NCBI GenBank assembly: GCA_001949185.1
Contig: BDGG01000013.1
Location: 248,001-312,000, forward strand
Reading direction: 5' to 3'
DNA from: Ramazzottius varieornatus
Lineage: Eukaryota; Animalia; Tardigrada
Length of the DNA stretch: 64,000 nt
Position 1 is the first letter of the stretch. Each line of letters starts with the position of its first letter. The notes below the pieces were generated by a model. That model was not told the DNA's origin and did not search any database. It worked only from the letters and a program-made list of their open reading frames with translations. The position numbers and the translations under genes are program-made. Shown in pieces: positions 1-13,229 of the stretch.

Positions 1-39
1 GAGCAACAGATCCGATTGGTCCTTGAAAAACAGAGTTCC

Positions 40-2130
40 TCATTGAGTGTGGAGTTTCCCGGGATTCGTCAGATTTCCATTGGTATCGGAGTGTCGAAGC
101 TGTTGGTCAGCAGCACCACTTGTCGTTGCGTCCATCTCGTCTTGCCGCCTTTTGGGTCGCAAGAAATGACGATAAACGTGGCCGAACACAAGGAACCCAA
201 TGGCCAGCACATGGCCGACGTAATAGATGCTACTCCAGTACCGTATGGTTCTGTCGTAGGTCAGACAGATGAAACCTACGACCATATACTCAAAAGCCCG
301 CATCCGCAGAAACCAGTTTATTGCCTTGGCCCAACGCGGAGCATCTCTCGGTACCCAGTCTTCGGCTGCCAGCATCAGTGGTACCGTCAGCAAACCGACA
401 TAATACCCTACAGCAGAATCGACACACTAATTAGTCCCATCGACAAGCACCGAAATATTGTTTGGCAAAGCGAGAGTGCAGATCAGATCAGCACACGTTT
501 CCCGGGAAGAAAACGGAACGCGCAAGATCTTTATTTCACGTAGCGCACGCTTCCAGGCAGTAACAATGAAGAGCTGCGCCACTCGAGATTAAAATCCTGC
601 ACGTTCCGACGGTTGTCGACCTCCCATTTATTTCCATTGGTTCCAATAAATATGCATTACCTCCATGAAGGCCGTGCCAATAAGCGCTGACAAACATGAC
701 AACAGCGGTCCGGATGGATTTGTAGGGCACTCTGCGGTAAACATGCCAGGCGAGCCAGTACTGAACCGTCATGTTCCAGGACTTCATGGCAGCTCGCACC
801 GTCGGTACGAACTCCACTTCGTACTCATCAATATCTGTAACAGACTGGTTCGTTTGTTCCACGGCGTCAAACCGTCAGGAAGTAAGCGTGAGAACGTACT
901 GTAGATGGTCTCGTAGCTGAACTCTGTACTTCGATCCACAGTCTCCGGAAGTCTGTAACAGCGACAGTCTGTTGCGTTCGCATCGCAGCACAGTTCAAGT
1001 TCACTGTGGAAAAGGACGACGAAATCGAGGTTTACTTTTCTGGTTCTGTCGGTCCATATCCGGGCTTGGGCTTACTTACGGCTGGGTACAAGCCCAATCC
1101 AGCCATAATGCATGATGATTCCGCCATAAGCCATGCAACGTAGAGCTTCATGCGGAAAATGACAAACAAGGCAACCATGTAGAAACACCGGTACAAAAAT
1201 GTCGTCTCCTCGTAGAATTTATCGTCCCACAGCATCTACAAGCACAACAATTGTTTATCAAGGAAAGCAACCTAATCAATCATGGAATGACGTACCGAAT
1301 AGGAGAAAAGGGATGACAGAATGAAGAAGCATGCCATATAAACGGGTACCATCCGCAACCGCTGTTTGGTCATTGTGATACGCGGCATGACGTGCAATGC
1401 ATGGGAACGAATCATGTCATTGTAGGTCTTGAACTTGAAGTAGGGACCTGTTTATCACAATGGTGGGTCAAAAGTGCTGTAAGCTAGAGACTGCTTTGTT
1501 CAATACCGGTCATCATGCCGATGTAGCACAGACAGTAATTGACGATATCCATAAACGACGGTGCAACATCCATAAAGGGCTTCATGCAGGAGAAACTGGC
1601 GGAATTGCTGGGGAAAGGTGCAATGCCGCGCCGCCGTAGTTGCGTATCATGAACCTCGAAAGCCACTCCGATCGTCTGTAATCAGGCGTCATCTTTCAGC
1701 TGAACATTCACTTATCCATTGGCCCATCCTCACCTTCAGGGTTAAAATTAGCTGCACAGCGTTACAAAATTCGTTTGTCTCTTTTAGTCCAAAATATGTC
1801 ACACTGCGGAAAAAGGCAAGATACCCGAAGGTAAAGATGGTGCTCCATGTGTGGCAGTTTCTAAAAAGGCAGCGAATACATGATAAATACCGTTGTTCTT
1901 TTTATCTATTAATAGCATGATGCTTACCGAACGCTTATAATGATAGCGGCGTTACCAAAGATGGTAATAAGAGGATGCAAGGTTTGGGGGCCGCAAAACG
2001 TAACGAGGAGAAATAAGCCCATGCCGGAACACATCCATTGGCGAGGGGGGCCGGCTGGCAAACGGGGAATCGCCCATCCCAAAGCTATCGATGCCACAAG
2101 GGCGATAAAATACTGATACTCATCCTGCAT
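40..2130 (-). CDS. MBOAT7: Lysophospholipid acyltransferase 7 (MBOAT family), 8 coding exons
   Basis: Exons approx 2130-1928, 1860-1734, 1675-1507, 1447-1296, 1235-1036, 952-900, 834-661, 407-40, all GT-AG. Motifs YCLCYIGMMTGPYF, WNMTVQYWL and SAYWHGLHGGYY (catalytic His region). Confidence 0.9.
518..626. repeat. Intronic palindrome family A copy (MBOAT7 intron 7)
   Basis: aagatc..cacgtagcgcac-gcttccaggcagtaacaatgaagagc-tgcgccactcgag..gttgtcgacctccc. Confidence 0.7.
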
Positions 2131-3111
2131 AGTGCAAAGCGATATCTCTCCAGGACGGCCAGGAAAATGGATGAGAAGATCACTGCAATCAAAAGAAAAA
2201 TGAGCCAGAATGTCTCAGGCTCCATGGCTTAACCATCCAAGGGAACTTGCGCGTGACATCAACAATAATTTTGCGTTGACTTACAGAGCGAGCAGAGAAG
2301 CGAGCATACGGGATTGCTAAATTACCGACCTGCCTCTTTGTTGGTGAAGTAGTGTTCAAACCTAAAGTACTCTGACAGATGAATTAATTTTTACAGACCT
2401 GAAGAGCCGGTGAATCAAAACAGCATAAAATTTGGCAGACCGGGAGAACACCGGCCTGCCAGATTTTGCCTTCCGTAGTGCAGTTTGTCAAACCATTCTA
2501 TGTTTCCTCCCGGTACATCCATGCCGATATGCCGGTGATGCATGTCGATCAGCTGATACTTGAACTGCGGTAGCTGTCTCATCGCCGGCATGTGGAAGTT
2601 TTAATTTCCGAACAGCTGATTGGAACGTGTGGGCTGGCCGTTTGGGCCGGTTCCGTAACGCTGCAGATTATTCAGTGAAGAAAGTTCTTGCCTCTCGTCA
2701 CGTGTTGTAATACCTGTACATCTATCAACGGCACGCTGCACCACGTGGCCAGGCATGAACTTTCGTCATTCTACTTCATCCTTGGCACAACGGCAGTCCG
2801 ATCTTCGACGTCACCGGCGACGTAGCTTCGATATGGTCAAACTCCAAAAAGTTAGGATGGGTAGATTGACGTAATGCACTAACCAATCTGGAAAACTTCA
2901 CACAGCAGGAACCAGAAAATGAAGTGGTACTTGTTTTTTACTGGTCTTTCTGTTTTCTACATGGGGAACATTCAAATATTACGTAGGACAAGATCAAAGG
3001 CGCCGAATGGACCCCCCTATCAAAGCAAATTAATGGATGCGTCTTACGTAACACTTGAATGGTCCCATGTACGTTAGCACTATGAATGCCTACGAAGTAC
3101 AATAAACAGTA

Positions 3112-3734
3112 CACGAACGACGGGATATTACGGGCCAGTAAAAATTACGGACCAGGCCCTTTGGCTACGGCGGCACGGGCAGGTGATTCTTGCTATAAGT
3201 AAAAACCAGCTGCCCGGCTATACGTACGTGCTGGATATTGGCCGAGGAGCTGAAAGTTGTCATATTAATTCTTCGGAAGTTGTCAGCTCTTCCTCGACCG
3301 ATCTTCTTCGGTGGGGTATCTTCGCCATAACGTTTGACGGTGGTGTGCGGAACTTTAAAGACTCAAGCTGCTTCGCGCAGTGCCATTCCGTTCTCGACAG
3401 CAGATACAGAATCCTTCACAGCTTCTTCGGTGTATCGTCGATGCCGCTTGGTCCTGATAGGCTGGGACATTTGCAAAAACGGTTACGGAATGGATATCGG
3501 GACAAGGAGTCTCCGAGAGAAAGTTGAATAGCTATGCACAGCAGCGTTGAAGTGTTAGGGTAAGACAGCTGATCGGCTGATGGCCACTGTCCGTGACAAT
3601 TTTCTACGGTTGGATTATACTACGTTACGTCATTTGTCCGATTTCTGTTTCTGACTGTCATACAAATTTTAAATTTGCCGTCTTTTCCGCCTGGCCCGTA
3701 ATTTTTACTGGCCCATGATATCTAGTCGTTCGTG
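3112..3734 (-). mobile_element. Internally deleted pogo-like element with HTH_psq remnant
   Basis: TA-flanked ~48-bp TIRs (CACGAACGAC..GGGCCAGTAAAAATTACGG). Minus-strand remnant MSQPIRTKRHRRYTEEAVKDSVSAVENGMALREAA*VFKVPHTTV at ~3300-3470. Confidence 0.85.
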
Positions 3735-5387
3735 TACTTGAACGGTTCAACGTCGAAAAGAGCTTGAAGTTAGAATAGCCATGCTTGAATTATTCTTTAC
3801 GATTGTCCGCAGAAATATAGAAGCGAGCTCGGCCTAATCGTTATAATAATGTCGCGGTCCTTCTGATGTGTGCAGCAGCCTTCTGCTGCACAGCTTGGCG
3901 TATTATTCCATCGATTTCCTTCTTGAGTTTACCTACTGTAATGCTTCATGAACTTCGCGAAGCACGTCATCGTATGAGCGAAACATCCGTTAGAGGGTCA
4001 GTAGGGCAAAATTTTCGGACCGGGGCTCAACTTGACGCGTATGATGACGTGTTTCATCACACGCGTCAAGTTCGTCCGGATGCTTGTTGACTTCTCGCGA
4101 TACGTTGGGGAGAATACCCCGTCTCATTTCTTACTTTCCATTATGAACAAGAATGCAGGCAGGATAGTTTGCGGTAATCGGGAACCAGGAAAATGAACCA
4201 GAAACGGTAAATTGATAAGTCCGCTTATGGAGATTAAACTACAAGCTTTCGTCAGTCTCACGACTCTTTCCGATGAACTACACTACCTTCCGGATGGTGA
4301 ATCACCATCTGCCGTAGTGCAGTTTTTCTCCGAGGTTCGTCAGTCGGTTGGTTTGCCCCACGACTTTCCATACTTCGCAGTAGACTTTGTCAACAGTTTC
4401 CAAACTTTCCAGCGAACAAGATGATAATACGCCACGCCAGTAAATTTGTAGGTTTGTTTACTTTGCAAATTACTTTGCCGGTTAATTGAGCCACTTGTAC
4501 AGACAGCAACCTCGTAGGCTCGCGACAGTCCAATATGGAAGTTTGGGTAAAGTCTCTCTGTAAATTGCCGCAAATTGTTCGACCGACGCTTCGGACCACA
4601 TTTCTGAATTTATCGATAGCTTTCTCGACCTCCTCCCATTAAGTCCAGTCGGGCCAGACTGCACAGCCCCATTTTTTCACAGTAAAAGTAACAAGTACGA
4701 TGGCGTCATAAGACGACGTCTTTGATTGCCTTCCGCAACAGTATTATAAAGCACTGTAGAAAGCTTATCCCACGCCATGAAAAAATGGTTTACAGACTTT
4801 TACTTTGCATATGGAAAATGTGTACCCATGCCAGCTCCGTTGAACACACAGACACGAATCTGAGTGAACCCGCCATACCGCTCCAGCTCTCGAACAAGGC
4901 CAGTTTTCTGCAAAGTTTTCTGAATTAAAGTGCCGAAACTCAAAAAAGGAGGGTGGGGGAGGCGGGGACCCGGGAGAAAATGCATCTCTACTGCCTCATG
5001 CACAACGTTCGATTGGGTTTTTTCTGCGCTTTCCAATGGAAGGTACCGAATACAAGGCCGTAGGCTGATCTCGGAACCGGTAAACAACCCAAATGGTAAA
5101 CCGTGGACAGATGTATTTTCTGCGCTGTAGAAGATGGCAGGCTGATGGAAGCCCAGCGGACTTGTACCGACCGACATTGACCAACAATTTACTGCGGCAA
5201 CTGTTCTGTTCATTAGGGGAATATCTGTTCTGGAATTTCTTGATTTCTGTTCTGTCTGAATATGGGAATTGAGAAGCATACGAAGGAATCCAAGAAACAA
5301 TTCGTAATGATGCAGAAGATTGCCAGACGCAAGCCACCTACTACATCGTTTCAGCCTGTGAAAATAGCTTCAGCGACGTATTCAGTA

Positions 5388-8273
5388 CACGCGGCTGGCC
5401 TAATTGTGAGGATTAGTGCTGGCAACGATACGGTATACCGATTTCGTACCGAAATATATCGAATCTTTGCGATAAAATGTGCAGCAGATATCGCATCGAA
5501 AATATCGATATGAAACTCGTCTCGAATAATGCAATAAAATATTCGGCGATATCGTATCGCGCCATATCGATATATTATCGATATATCGATATTTTGCTGA
5601 ATGGAAAACTCGCCAGTAATATCTCGTTTACGGAAGACCATGGTTGATTCCAAAACTTCATTTTGGCCATGGTTACCGAGCACACTCCGCCCATTCGGTT
5701 CTGGTGTTGATTCTGTCCAGGTTTCCATGTGTTTAAAGTCTTGGTATAATCATGTCTTTGCTGCATCCGACGCTTTCGATCTTACTAATACTTCATTTGG
5801 ACATCGGCTTCTTGAGTTTTTGGGCTTAGACCAGCGGAATTCCGAAAAACTAATATTCCAGAAATATCGATATATCGCTGCGATATGATACGATATATCG
5901 AAAATACGGTAACGGAAAAATATCGTATCGAAATATCGATATCGAATGAATATCGAAGACCGCGATAAAATATCCGCCGATATTGTATCGAAAAATATCG
6001 TATCGAATTTTATCGTATTTTTGCCAACACTAGTGGTGATGGACAAAATCATGGGGAAGTCATTTCCGAAACAGCGGCTCCGCCAGCTGTGTTCGCTTAC
6101 GATTGAAACAGCACTGGCTTTCACCATACATTGCCGCTTTACATCTGATTTTATTAAAGCTTCTAATGCGATCGAGCGGATCAACTGGAACTGGCAAACC
6201 TCGACAAAGCATTAAGATGAGCACGAAATAGCGTAACCCAGTTCTCCAACTGCGACAACAGTCAGCTAACTTTTTCCTGATATTTGAGGTAGAAAAAGGA
6301 ACTACAGTTGTCCGACTACCGAACGATATCAGTTTTTGACCTTCTTCGACCTGCCTTTCTTCGAAGCGACGGGTAAATCTGCTTTGGCAGACTTAGATCT
6401 CGTCCTTTTATTAACGGCCACTGGCAGTTCGATCTGGACAGTCTTCGGTCTTCACCTGCTTTTTCGGCACTTCACCTGCAGTTTCCGGAGCTTTGCTTTT
6501 CTTTGCATCCTTTAGAGCCTGACGTGCCCGATTTTATTCCTTAATTGCTGCGACGTACTCAGTGTCGAGAAATTTTCTGCCTCTCTCAAGAGCAAGTCTC
6601 TGATCCTTCGGTTTCTTCTGTTCTTTCGGCTTCGAGAATGAGAAAGCGTTACCTGCTGCAGCTACTACGGTCTCCGCAACTGACTTGTGACCGCCATAGA
6701 TGCTTACGATGGATTCAATACTCGCATCAATTTTATCGTCATCCCCAGGAACTCTAGAACGAAGAATCTCGGCCACGTCCTTCATCGGCGACCTTTCCTT
6801 AGTCAGCACGGGCAATGCGGGTGCGTCTTGAGCTGCTAACTTCTTGTCGACAGTTGCACGAATCGTCTCGGGTGAAAAAGGGAATATGCCGGTATTCTTG
6901 AAGCCGCTCTTCAGTGGTGCTTCGAACTCGAAAGAGAATCTGGAAGCTTCTGTGGTGCAGAGCAATGCCAAGTGCCCAGCAAAGGTGTTGCGAGTCATCT
7001 GAAGAGTAACATAAATTTCCAGAAAGCAAAGTTAATTGATAAGAACTTCAGGCAGTACTCTTTACCTCGACCGAAGGATCAAGGCGTTTGGACGCCTTAT
7101 AGTTAGTCCACTTCACCTTCATACATCCGAACGTGCAGTTATCCAACGGCTGCAATTTATCCGTTTGTCCCGCAGGAAGACAGATGAGTTTGATGTCTGT
7201 CCCGGAATCTCTGCATAGTTTGAAAAGCTGAGCGTTAATGACATGACTGTAATGTCCATCGCAAAGAACGACGCACTACAAAAAAGCAAACGCAGATCAC
7301 AGTTAAAATCATAGCTCACATCACAGTAACAAGCGTCAGACACCTATCATCCACACATTTGATAGTGTAAACAACGTGATACCTTCTGGGGCGCATTCGG
7401 TAAGATAACTTTCTGGAAGTAATCCGTTATGACATCGCAGTCCATACTCCCGAACCGTTCACTGCGATGTACAACTTGCCATCGTTATTATCGAACATGC
7501 TTTTCAGGTGCATAATGCCGTCGAACAGGACCAATGGCTTGTACATTCTTCCGGCTGCGTCTCCGCGAAGCAATGTGCTGACAGCGACCCGAGTAGTTCA
7601 TGCTTCATACCTCTTGCCGCGTAGACTTTCTCCTTCTCAAAACCCAACATGAAGCCTGATTCATCGAAGTTTATTATGGCAGCAGGGTCCGAGAGGTATC
7701 CTTCGCTTTCAAGCTTACAATGACATCATTCGCCAAGTTAACTGGCCTTACAGTACCTTTGCCGAAGCTTATTTCATCCACAAAAGAACGGAGATTGTGT
7801 TTGTTCATCGGAAATCCGCTGTTTCCAAACGCGATCAACGGGTCCACCAGTAAAGCCTCTTCTGTTGTATCCAGCTTCGTCTTTCGCCCAATCTTCTGAG
7901 CTGTGGGGGATTTCTCGTAGCGGACAATAGTCATCTGAGGAACACGAAACGTTAGCGAAGCTTTCCGAACTGACATCCCGTTTGCCACTGCGCGAATTGC
8001 ATCTTTCAGACTTTCCACGGTATACTTTCGGCGCCTCTTGCTCTTGAGATCTTCCGCCATTTTACAAGGTAAAGTTTCTCGAGATTGGTAAAACAACTCA
8101 GGAAAGAACACAGAACTTGGAATGATACCGTACGAAAAAAGCGCACTGCAAAATATTCACTTCCTGACGTCACATGGCCAGTTTCTCTTCCGATATAACA
8201 TTCTTTGCGTTAAATTGCCGCCAGATGGGCTCCCCATAATTTTGTCCATCCCCACAATTAGGCCAGCCGCCTG
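5388..8273 (-). mobile_element. Degenerate pogo-like DNA transposon (HTH_psq, CENP-B-type HTH, DDE_1 remnants)
   Basis: TA TSDs at 5386-87 and 8274-75. TIR CA(C/G)GCGGCTGGCCTAATTGTGGGGATGGACAAAAT. ORFs 7674-8111 (RRKYTVESLKDAIRAVANGMSVRKAS) and 6534-6998 (LKSGFKNTGIFPFS). Middle region is disrupted. Confidence 0.9.
5414..6032. mobile_element. hAT-type MITE with ATATCG/CGATA subterminal repeats, inserted in the pogo TIR
   Basis: TIR TAGTG(C/T)TGGCAA. 8-bp TSD GTGAGGAT/GTGGTGAT, each one change from GTGGGGAT in the intact opposite pogo TIR. Confidence 0.9.
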
Positions 8274-9180
8274 TAATTATTACTGTAGCAGCAGAGTCAG
8301 TTTAGCAGAGTCTGTGCGGTGAGTTTTGTGGTTCACGAAACGAAGAGGGCTTCCATAACGGACAATCAAGCAATCAAACATTTCGGCTAGATCTTTGACT
8401 TGGTTGACTAATTACTGCCTAACAGTTGAGCATGGCTGACTTGAAATACTTTCGTCCATCATTTCGCGCAGAATGGCACAAGCGTTGCAACTTCTGGAGA
8501 AATTCCAAGAAACGCTTTTTCGAAAGAATACTTTCAAAATCTATTAGTGCTCATTGTTTTCCGAGTCCTGCTGTTAGCTTTGCTTCCTCTAATCAGAATG
8601 TCCGTCGCATGCGTATCAACAAGGGTCCTTCGGCGAGGTGACGACATTTTCGTTTCACCCTTCGTGCTACCTGGACAGCATGCCTAAAGATCCCGTGGTA
8701 GCGGCGCAGCGCCTGCTACCAGCAATACTGTAGTACATCTGAACTTGGCGAAAAACACCCCGTCCAAGCAAGGCTTCTACCAATTAAAACTTGGACCACA
8801 GAAATTTAAAGTGCTTCTTTTCCCCTTCCTCCTTCGTATTTTCCACTCAAAGTTTTGAGCGCTTTCCATTGAACTAACTTCAAGAAAAGCGAGTGGGGTG
8901 ACTTCCGGTCGGGAAGACTTCTCGTCACAAACAAAACACAGAACCCTAAAATTCCACGTGCAAGTATCGATCTCTCATTTGACTTGAGCGAACGAGAAGA
9001 TACCTTGTTAACATTAAAAGTTGGAAACGCTCGTAAAATTGCCCAAATCTTGCTCTTTAGTTTGCGCTCCTCTAGCAAGGAAACGTACTGATATTAACGA
9101 TACAATCCTGTTCGCTTAGCCTTCGGCTCGCTCGCACCTTGCCTTAAATCAAGAAAAACAGAGGAAAAATTCTCGATCTA

Positions 9181-10070
9181 TCAGGTCGGTCGATATGACT
9201 TTACATTTTTTGGGTGCACACTTTCAACAGGGATTTCTGATAACGCAAAGGAGCTTCCTCATTTCGTGTGATCCTCAGCAGTAGCAACAAACTCTCTGTT
9301 ATTTTGTGCAACCACAATCAAAAGCGATTCGGTGAGAGAAAAAAAGTGGAAAAATGAAGGAAGGATGAGCGCTTACTTCTAACCAGGGTTGTCTGGAAAT
9401 TTTTATACCTCAAAACTGGTTACTCCTTCCTCAAAAACTGGTCTCAGCGCTGCACGACATAGCTTGGGCTACAAACTAAAGGCAGTAAACTTCGGAAAAC
9501 AGTTTTGCAGAATATCGGGTGATGCGTCGCGAAACAGGTGTCACCCCGAGTGCATCGAGGTGACACTTTTTTTTCCTCGCTTAATCGATGAAAGCGAGTA
9601 AGATTATTCTATGATACACCAGCGTACCTACGTTAACGATTCGAAATTTCAGAATTTTCGCTCTCTCGAGGAATGCGGGGTACAGTTTTTTGTTTCATCA
9701 GTTTATGGTTGTTGAAGAGCTCATCTTCAACTTGGCTATATCCTCAGCCAAGGTTTCTCAAACTGAGAAAAAACAGCTGTTTGATAGCAGGGTCTTTAGG
9801 CTCCTCTTGCTTGATGTCTGTATGATTTCTGCTGCTTCAGTGGGCCGCAAAATGATTTTTTGTTAGACGGTGTCAAAATTTTCAAGAAGCGAAAGTAACT
9901 GCAACCGTTTCTGGAAATTAACTGAGAGCGCGATCGAAACTTTCACGCGAGCGCTCAAAGACCGTAGCGTGCCCTATGTTGCAGAAAGAACCCAGATCGA
10001 TCTTATACAAAGATACGATCTTTTGAAGTTATATCTCGAAAAAACGTAAAGTCATATCGACCCGACCTGA
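9181..10070. mobile_element. Mariner-like non-autonomous element
   Basis: TA-flanked TIR TCAGGTCG(G)GTCGATATGACTTTAC(A/G)TTTTTT at both ends. No coding capacity seen. Confidence 0.85.
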
Positions 10071-10207
10071 TAGTTCGTTTTAATCTGTGATCAGGACTCA
10101 TGAAGTGGTAGTTTAAATGCGAAAGGAAATGCGGAAGTGGAATGTAGAGCAGAAATGATGAGTCATGGAAGGTAAATTTTATGGATTTTATTGCCCCTTG
10201 ACCTGTT

Positions 10208-10282
10208 GGTTGAGGGCTTCTGTATCGCGGTCACTGGGGATGTCCAGAAGGTCACTGGGAATGTCCAGAAGTTTTGGGATGG
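10208..10282 (+). repeat. Short tandem repeat, ~21-bp unit, about 2.5 copies
   Basis: ggtcactggggatgtccagaa / ggtcactgggaatgtccagaa / gttttgggatg. Confidence 0.7.
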
Positions 10283-10826
10283 CTTCAAGTTGGCCAAACT
10301 CTCGGATGTGAAGTCCGATGAGTGTAACAACTTGTTCGGTGAACTTCTCCGGTGTGAAGACATTTTCAGACGTGTTTTTGGGTGTACGTGAGTTTTGTCC
10401 TGGATCTCAGCCAGTAGTAGCTTTGAAAGAGGTCTTTATTGTAAGTTTTTTCGGTAACTTTGATGGTGGTGTCTTCATTGGTTTTCCATAAAATTGCAGC
10501 TTGACTATGACTTTATCAGAATAATCCCTCTGTTTCCAACTGTAGCTTTCACCACTTTATCTACCCTTCACCTTTAGCTCTGACTATTCTCACCAAATTA
10601 TTCGCGGTTTCTGACAGGTCTCAGCTTTGAGCAGCTGATACTATAATCTTCTGTTCCCATTACTCAGTCAAAATGTGTCCCAGCCAACTTGTCACCACTT
10701 TCTTCAACGCCAAAAAATCTAAGTTGCTGGTTTTCCGCTCCTTCCTCCACAGTACTCCTACAATTTTTTTTTCTATCAAGTGAGCGATGACTCAGTACGT
10801 TACAGTAAGAAACAGCTTCGAACATA

Positions 10827-11862
10827 CGATGTAAACGTCACAATTCGGGCGTAGTGATTTTTCCGTCACAATTCGAGCGATGCTGCGGTATGGGGTGGCA
10901 GCACATGTCGCTTTCGATAATGGCTCGAACCGCTTTTGACACCGTACCGCAGTAGGGAATTACAGCGCGGTAGATCACATGTGGTATCTTGATTTTTATC
11001 TCGGATTTGTTTCCTCACAATCAGAGAAAGACCAGCTAGTTCCAAACGACAAAAATTCCATTAACAACATGAAGTAGTAAAAGTAAAACAGAAACATATG
11101 ATCAGAACAAAAGGGAATCCCCAATGTGAAGTTACCAACTTAACGGAATCCGCGAAGGAAAGTTATTTGCGTGGCTTTTTGACTGTGGTGGGCTTAGACT
11201 TTCCTTTTTCCGGCTCTTGAGTTTGAGTTTTCCGCTTGCCTGCTGTCATGGCTTTCTTTGCCGCGTTTTCCGCTTCCTCCTTTTCCAGTTCCGCAAAAAA
11301 GCTGGGTTGAGTGGTCAGGGCGCCAGACTCCAGACATAAATGCTTGTTTTTCTCTCGACGCTGCTTTACTGGAGCTTCACCGAACATGTCTTCTGAACGC
11401 TTTTGGCTAAAACGGCACCGGGAGTGATACCTTTCTGCTTGAGGATGATCAGCTCTTTGATGTCTCCCAGATCTTTCTCCGTTGTCAGGTTGAACTGGCT
11501 CTTAAGCAGCTGAAACAGAGGGCCGAAATCTTGCTCCACGCGACTGCGGATTCCGCGAATAAATGGAACCGACTCTATGACGTAGATCACAGCTATCGCG
11601 AAAAGCGACAACAACGCCTCTCTCGGCCTCGCTGTTGAGTTTTTTCCAGGCTTTTTAGCAATACAGCAAATTCTTTCTTCCGAGCATTGTATCTTCAAGG
11701 TCTAGGCTGCGTGTGTGCTCAAATCTGTCTGGCTAGATAGGCAAGATCTTTCTCCACAAGATTGCATTGAAAACAAACGGATCGGGCCATGAGGTACGAA
11801 ATTCTAGATCGCCCGAATTGTGACGGGAAAATCACTACGTCCGAATTGTGACGTTTACCTCG
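10827..11862 (-). mobile_element. Internally deleted pogo-like element keeping only the transposase C-terminal tail
   Basis: TA-flanked ~55-bp TIRs CGA(T/G)GTAAACGTCACAATTCGG(G/A)CGTAGTGATTTT. 11163-11560 resembles the tail of the 6534-6998 ORF (HLCLESG vs RLALERG). Confidence 0.85.
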
Positions 11863-12473
11863 TACTACTGATGTGACTTCCGGTGGGGAAGACATGTCGC
11901 CGCGACTGAAATGCAGTCTTAAAAATTCTGTATGTGAGTTGTGATCACCAGTCTGATGACGTTAGGACCACAAGTATCTGAGTATCTGTCATTACAAAAC
12001 AGAATGACCATAGGAATATCGAACGAGCTCGGCAAATGAATTAGATTCAGTGAATTCGGCCGTTTTGCCGGGAAAACCATTTTACGGCGAAATTTCCAGC
12101 TCCCGTTCAGGACGGCAGATTCACGTTTCCAACCCTCTGTCTGTGGCTCAGACTCGGTCCTAATCATTTCGACAAAAAAAACACAGGTGCTCAGTAAGAC
12201 ACTGAAGAAATACTAGTTCGGACGTCGACCAATAATCGGGTCAAGATCAACTCAACAAAACGAGCGGTAGCAAGTCAGCTGGACAGGCTGTAACACTGGC
12301 TCTACGGTGGACGACGCAAATTCAGGATTTTCTCCAGTTCTAAGAAGTAACCATTCGCCTTTCTTCCCGATGCTTTGTTGAGAGCTAAGGACATTCGCTA
12401 TCACGAAAACGCATTGGCTCCGTGATCGGCCAGTGACATAGTCTAAATGGACCCTCGTGAATAAAGTTTTTCT

Positions 12474-12995
12474 GTGACATTGTTGGACGAGATTTCAAGC
12501 TTACGTTTCCATGAATTGTCATGGAAATTTCTGCGAAACAGAAATCCAGATAGACTGAAAAGACTGAGACTAGTTTCTTCGAAGTTCCAAGAAACATTAC
12601 CTCAAAATTCAGTCTGGTGCGACGTTCAAAAATCTGGATTTGTGCAAAGGAATCCCACCAGAAGTGTGCATATTATTGAAACTACTTTGAACAATCAGCC
12701 GGTTCAAGTCCACCATCGGGACGTCATATTGAAAATGCATTCCCTGATTTACCAGCAGTTTACTTCTCCTGGATTTTCTGACCTCATTCCTCAAGCTTGG
12801 CATTTGTCAGGTTATGTCGACAGGTCCGTAGAATATGTTAACCCCACAGATTTCTGTTTCCAAGGACTGACCGGTCGTTGTGACCATGATAAATGTGAGC
12901 GTTCCTTGCTTCTCAAATGTGGATGGTGTAAAGCTCCTCTATGCTTCCACCACTTTCACGAAGAATATCATTTCTGTAAGATTTACCTTCCGTAA
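12474..12995 (+). pseudogene. C-terminal fragment of a pogo-like DDE transposase with a Cys/His-rich tail
   Basis: HHRDVILKMHSLIYQQFTSPGF..QAWHLSGY..FCF..CDHDKC..KCGWCKAPLCFHHF..YHFC. No intact N-terminus. Confidence 0.65.
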
Positions 12996-13229
12996 CAATC
13001 TGAAGTTGAGTTTCGCATAATACATGAGGTCGATAAAATCAATAGGTGTGGGCCGCCCAAATTTTAACGTCACTTCCGGTTCCTGTAGTGTCTTCCAGGA
13101 TTTCATTGCGCGAGCTACGCCTGTTTCAGACGATAGAGCAGACTCTTCTCCATCATTCTATCATGTCAGAATATTTCAGAAAGGCGGAGGACAAGCATAA
13201 TCCCCTCGTGAGTAGAAGATCCTCCAAAC

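Noticed and set aside
5351-6184. Ile/Arg/Tyr-rich ORFs (also at 23911-24602)
   Set aside because: They are translations of ATATCG subterminal repeats of the hAT MITE.
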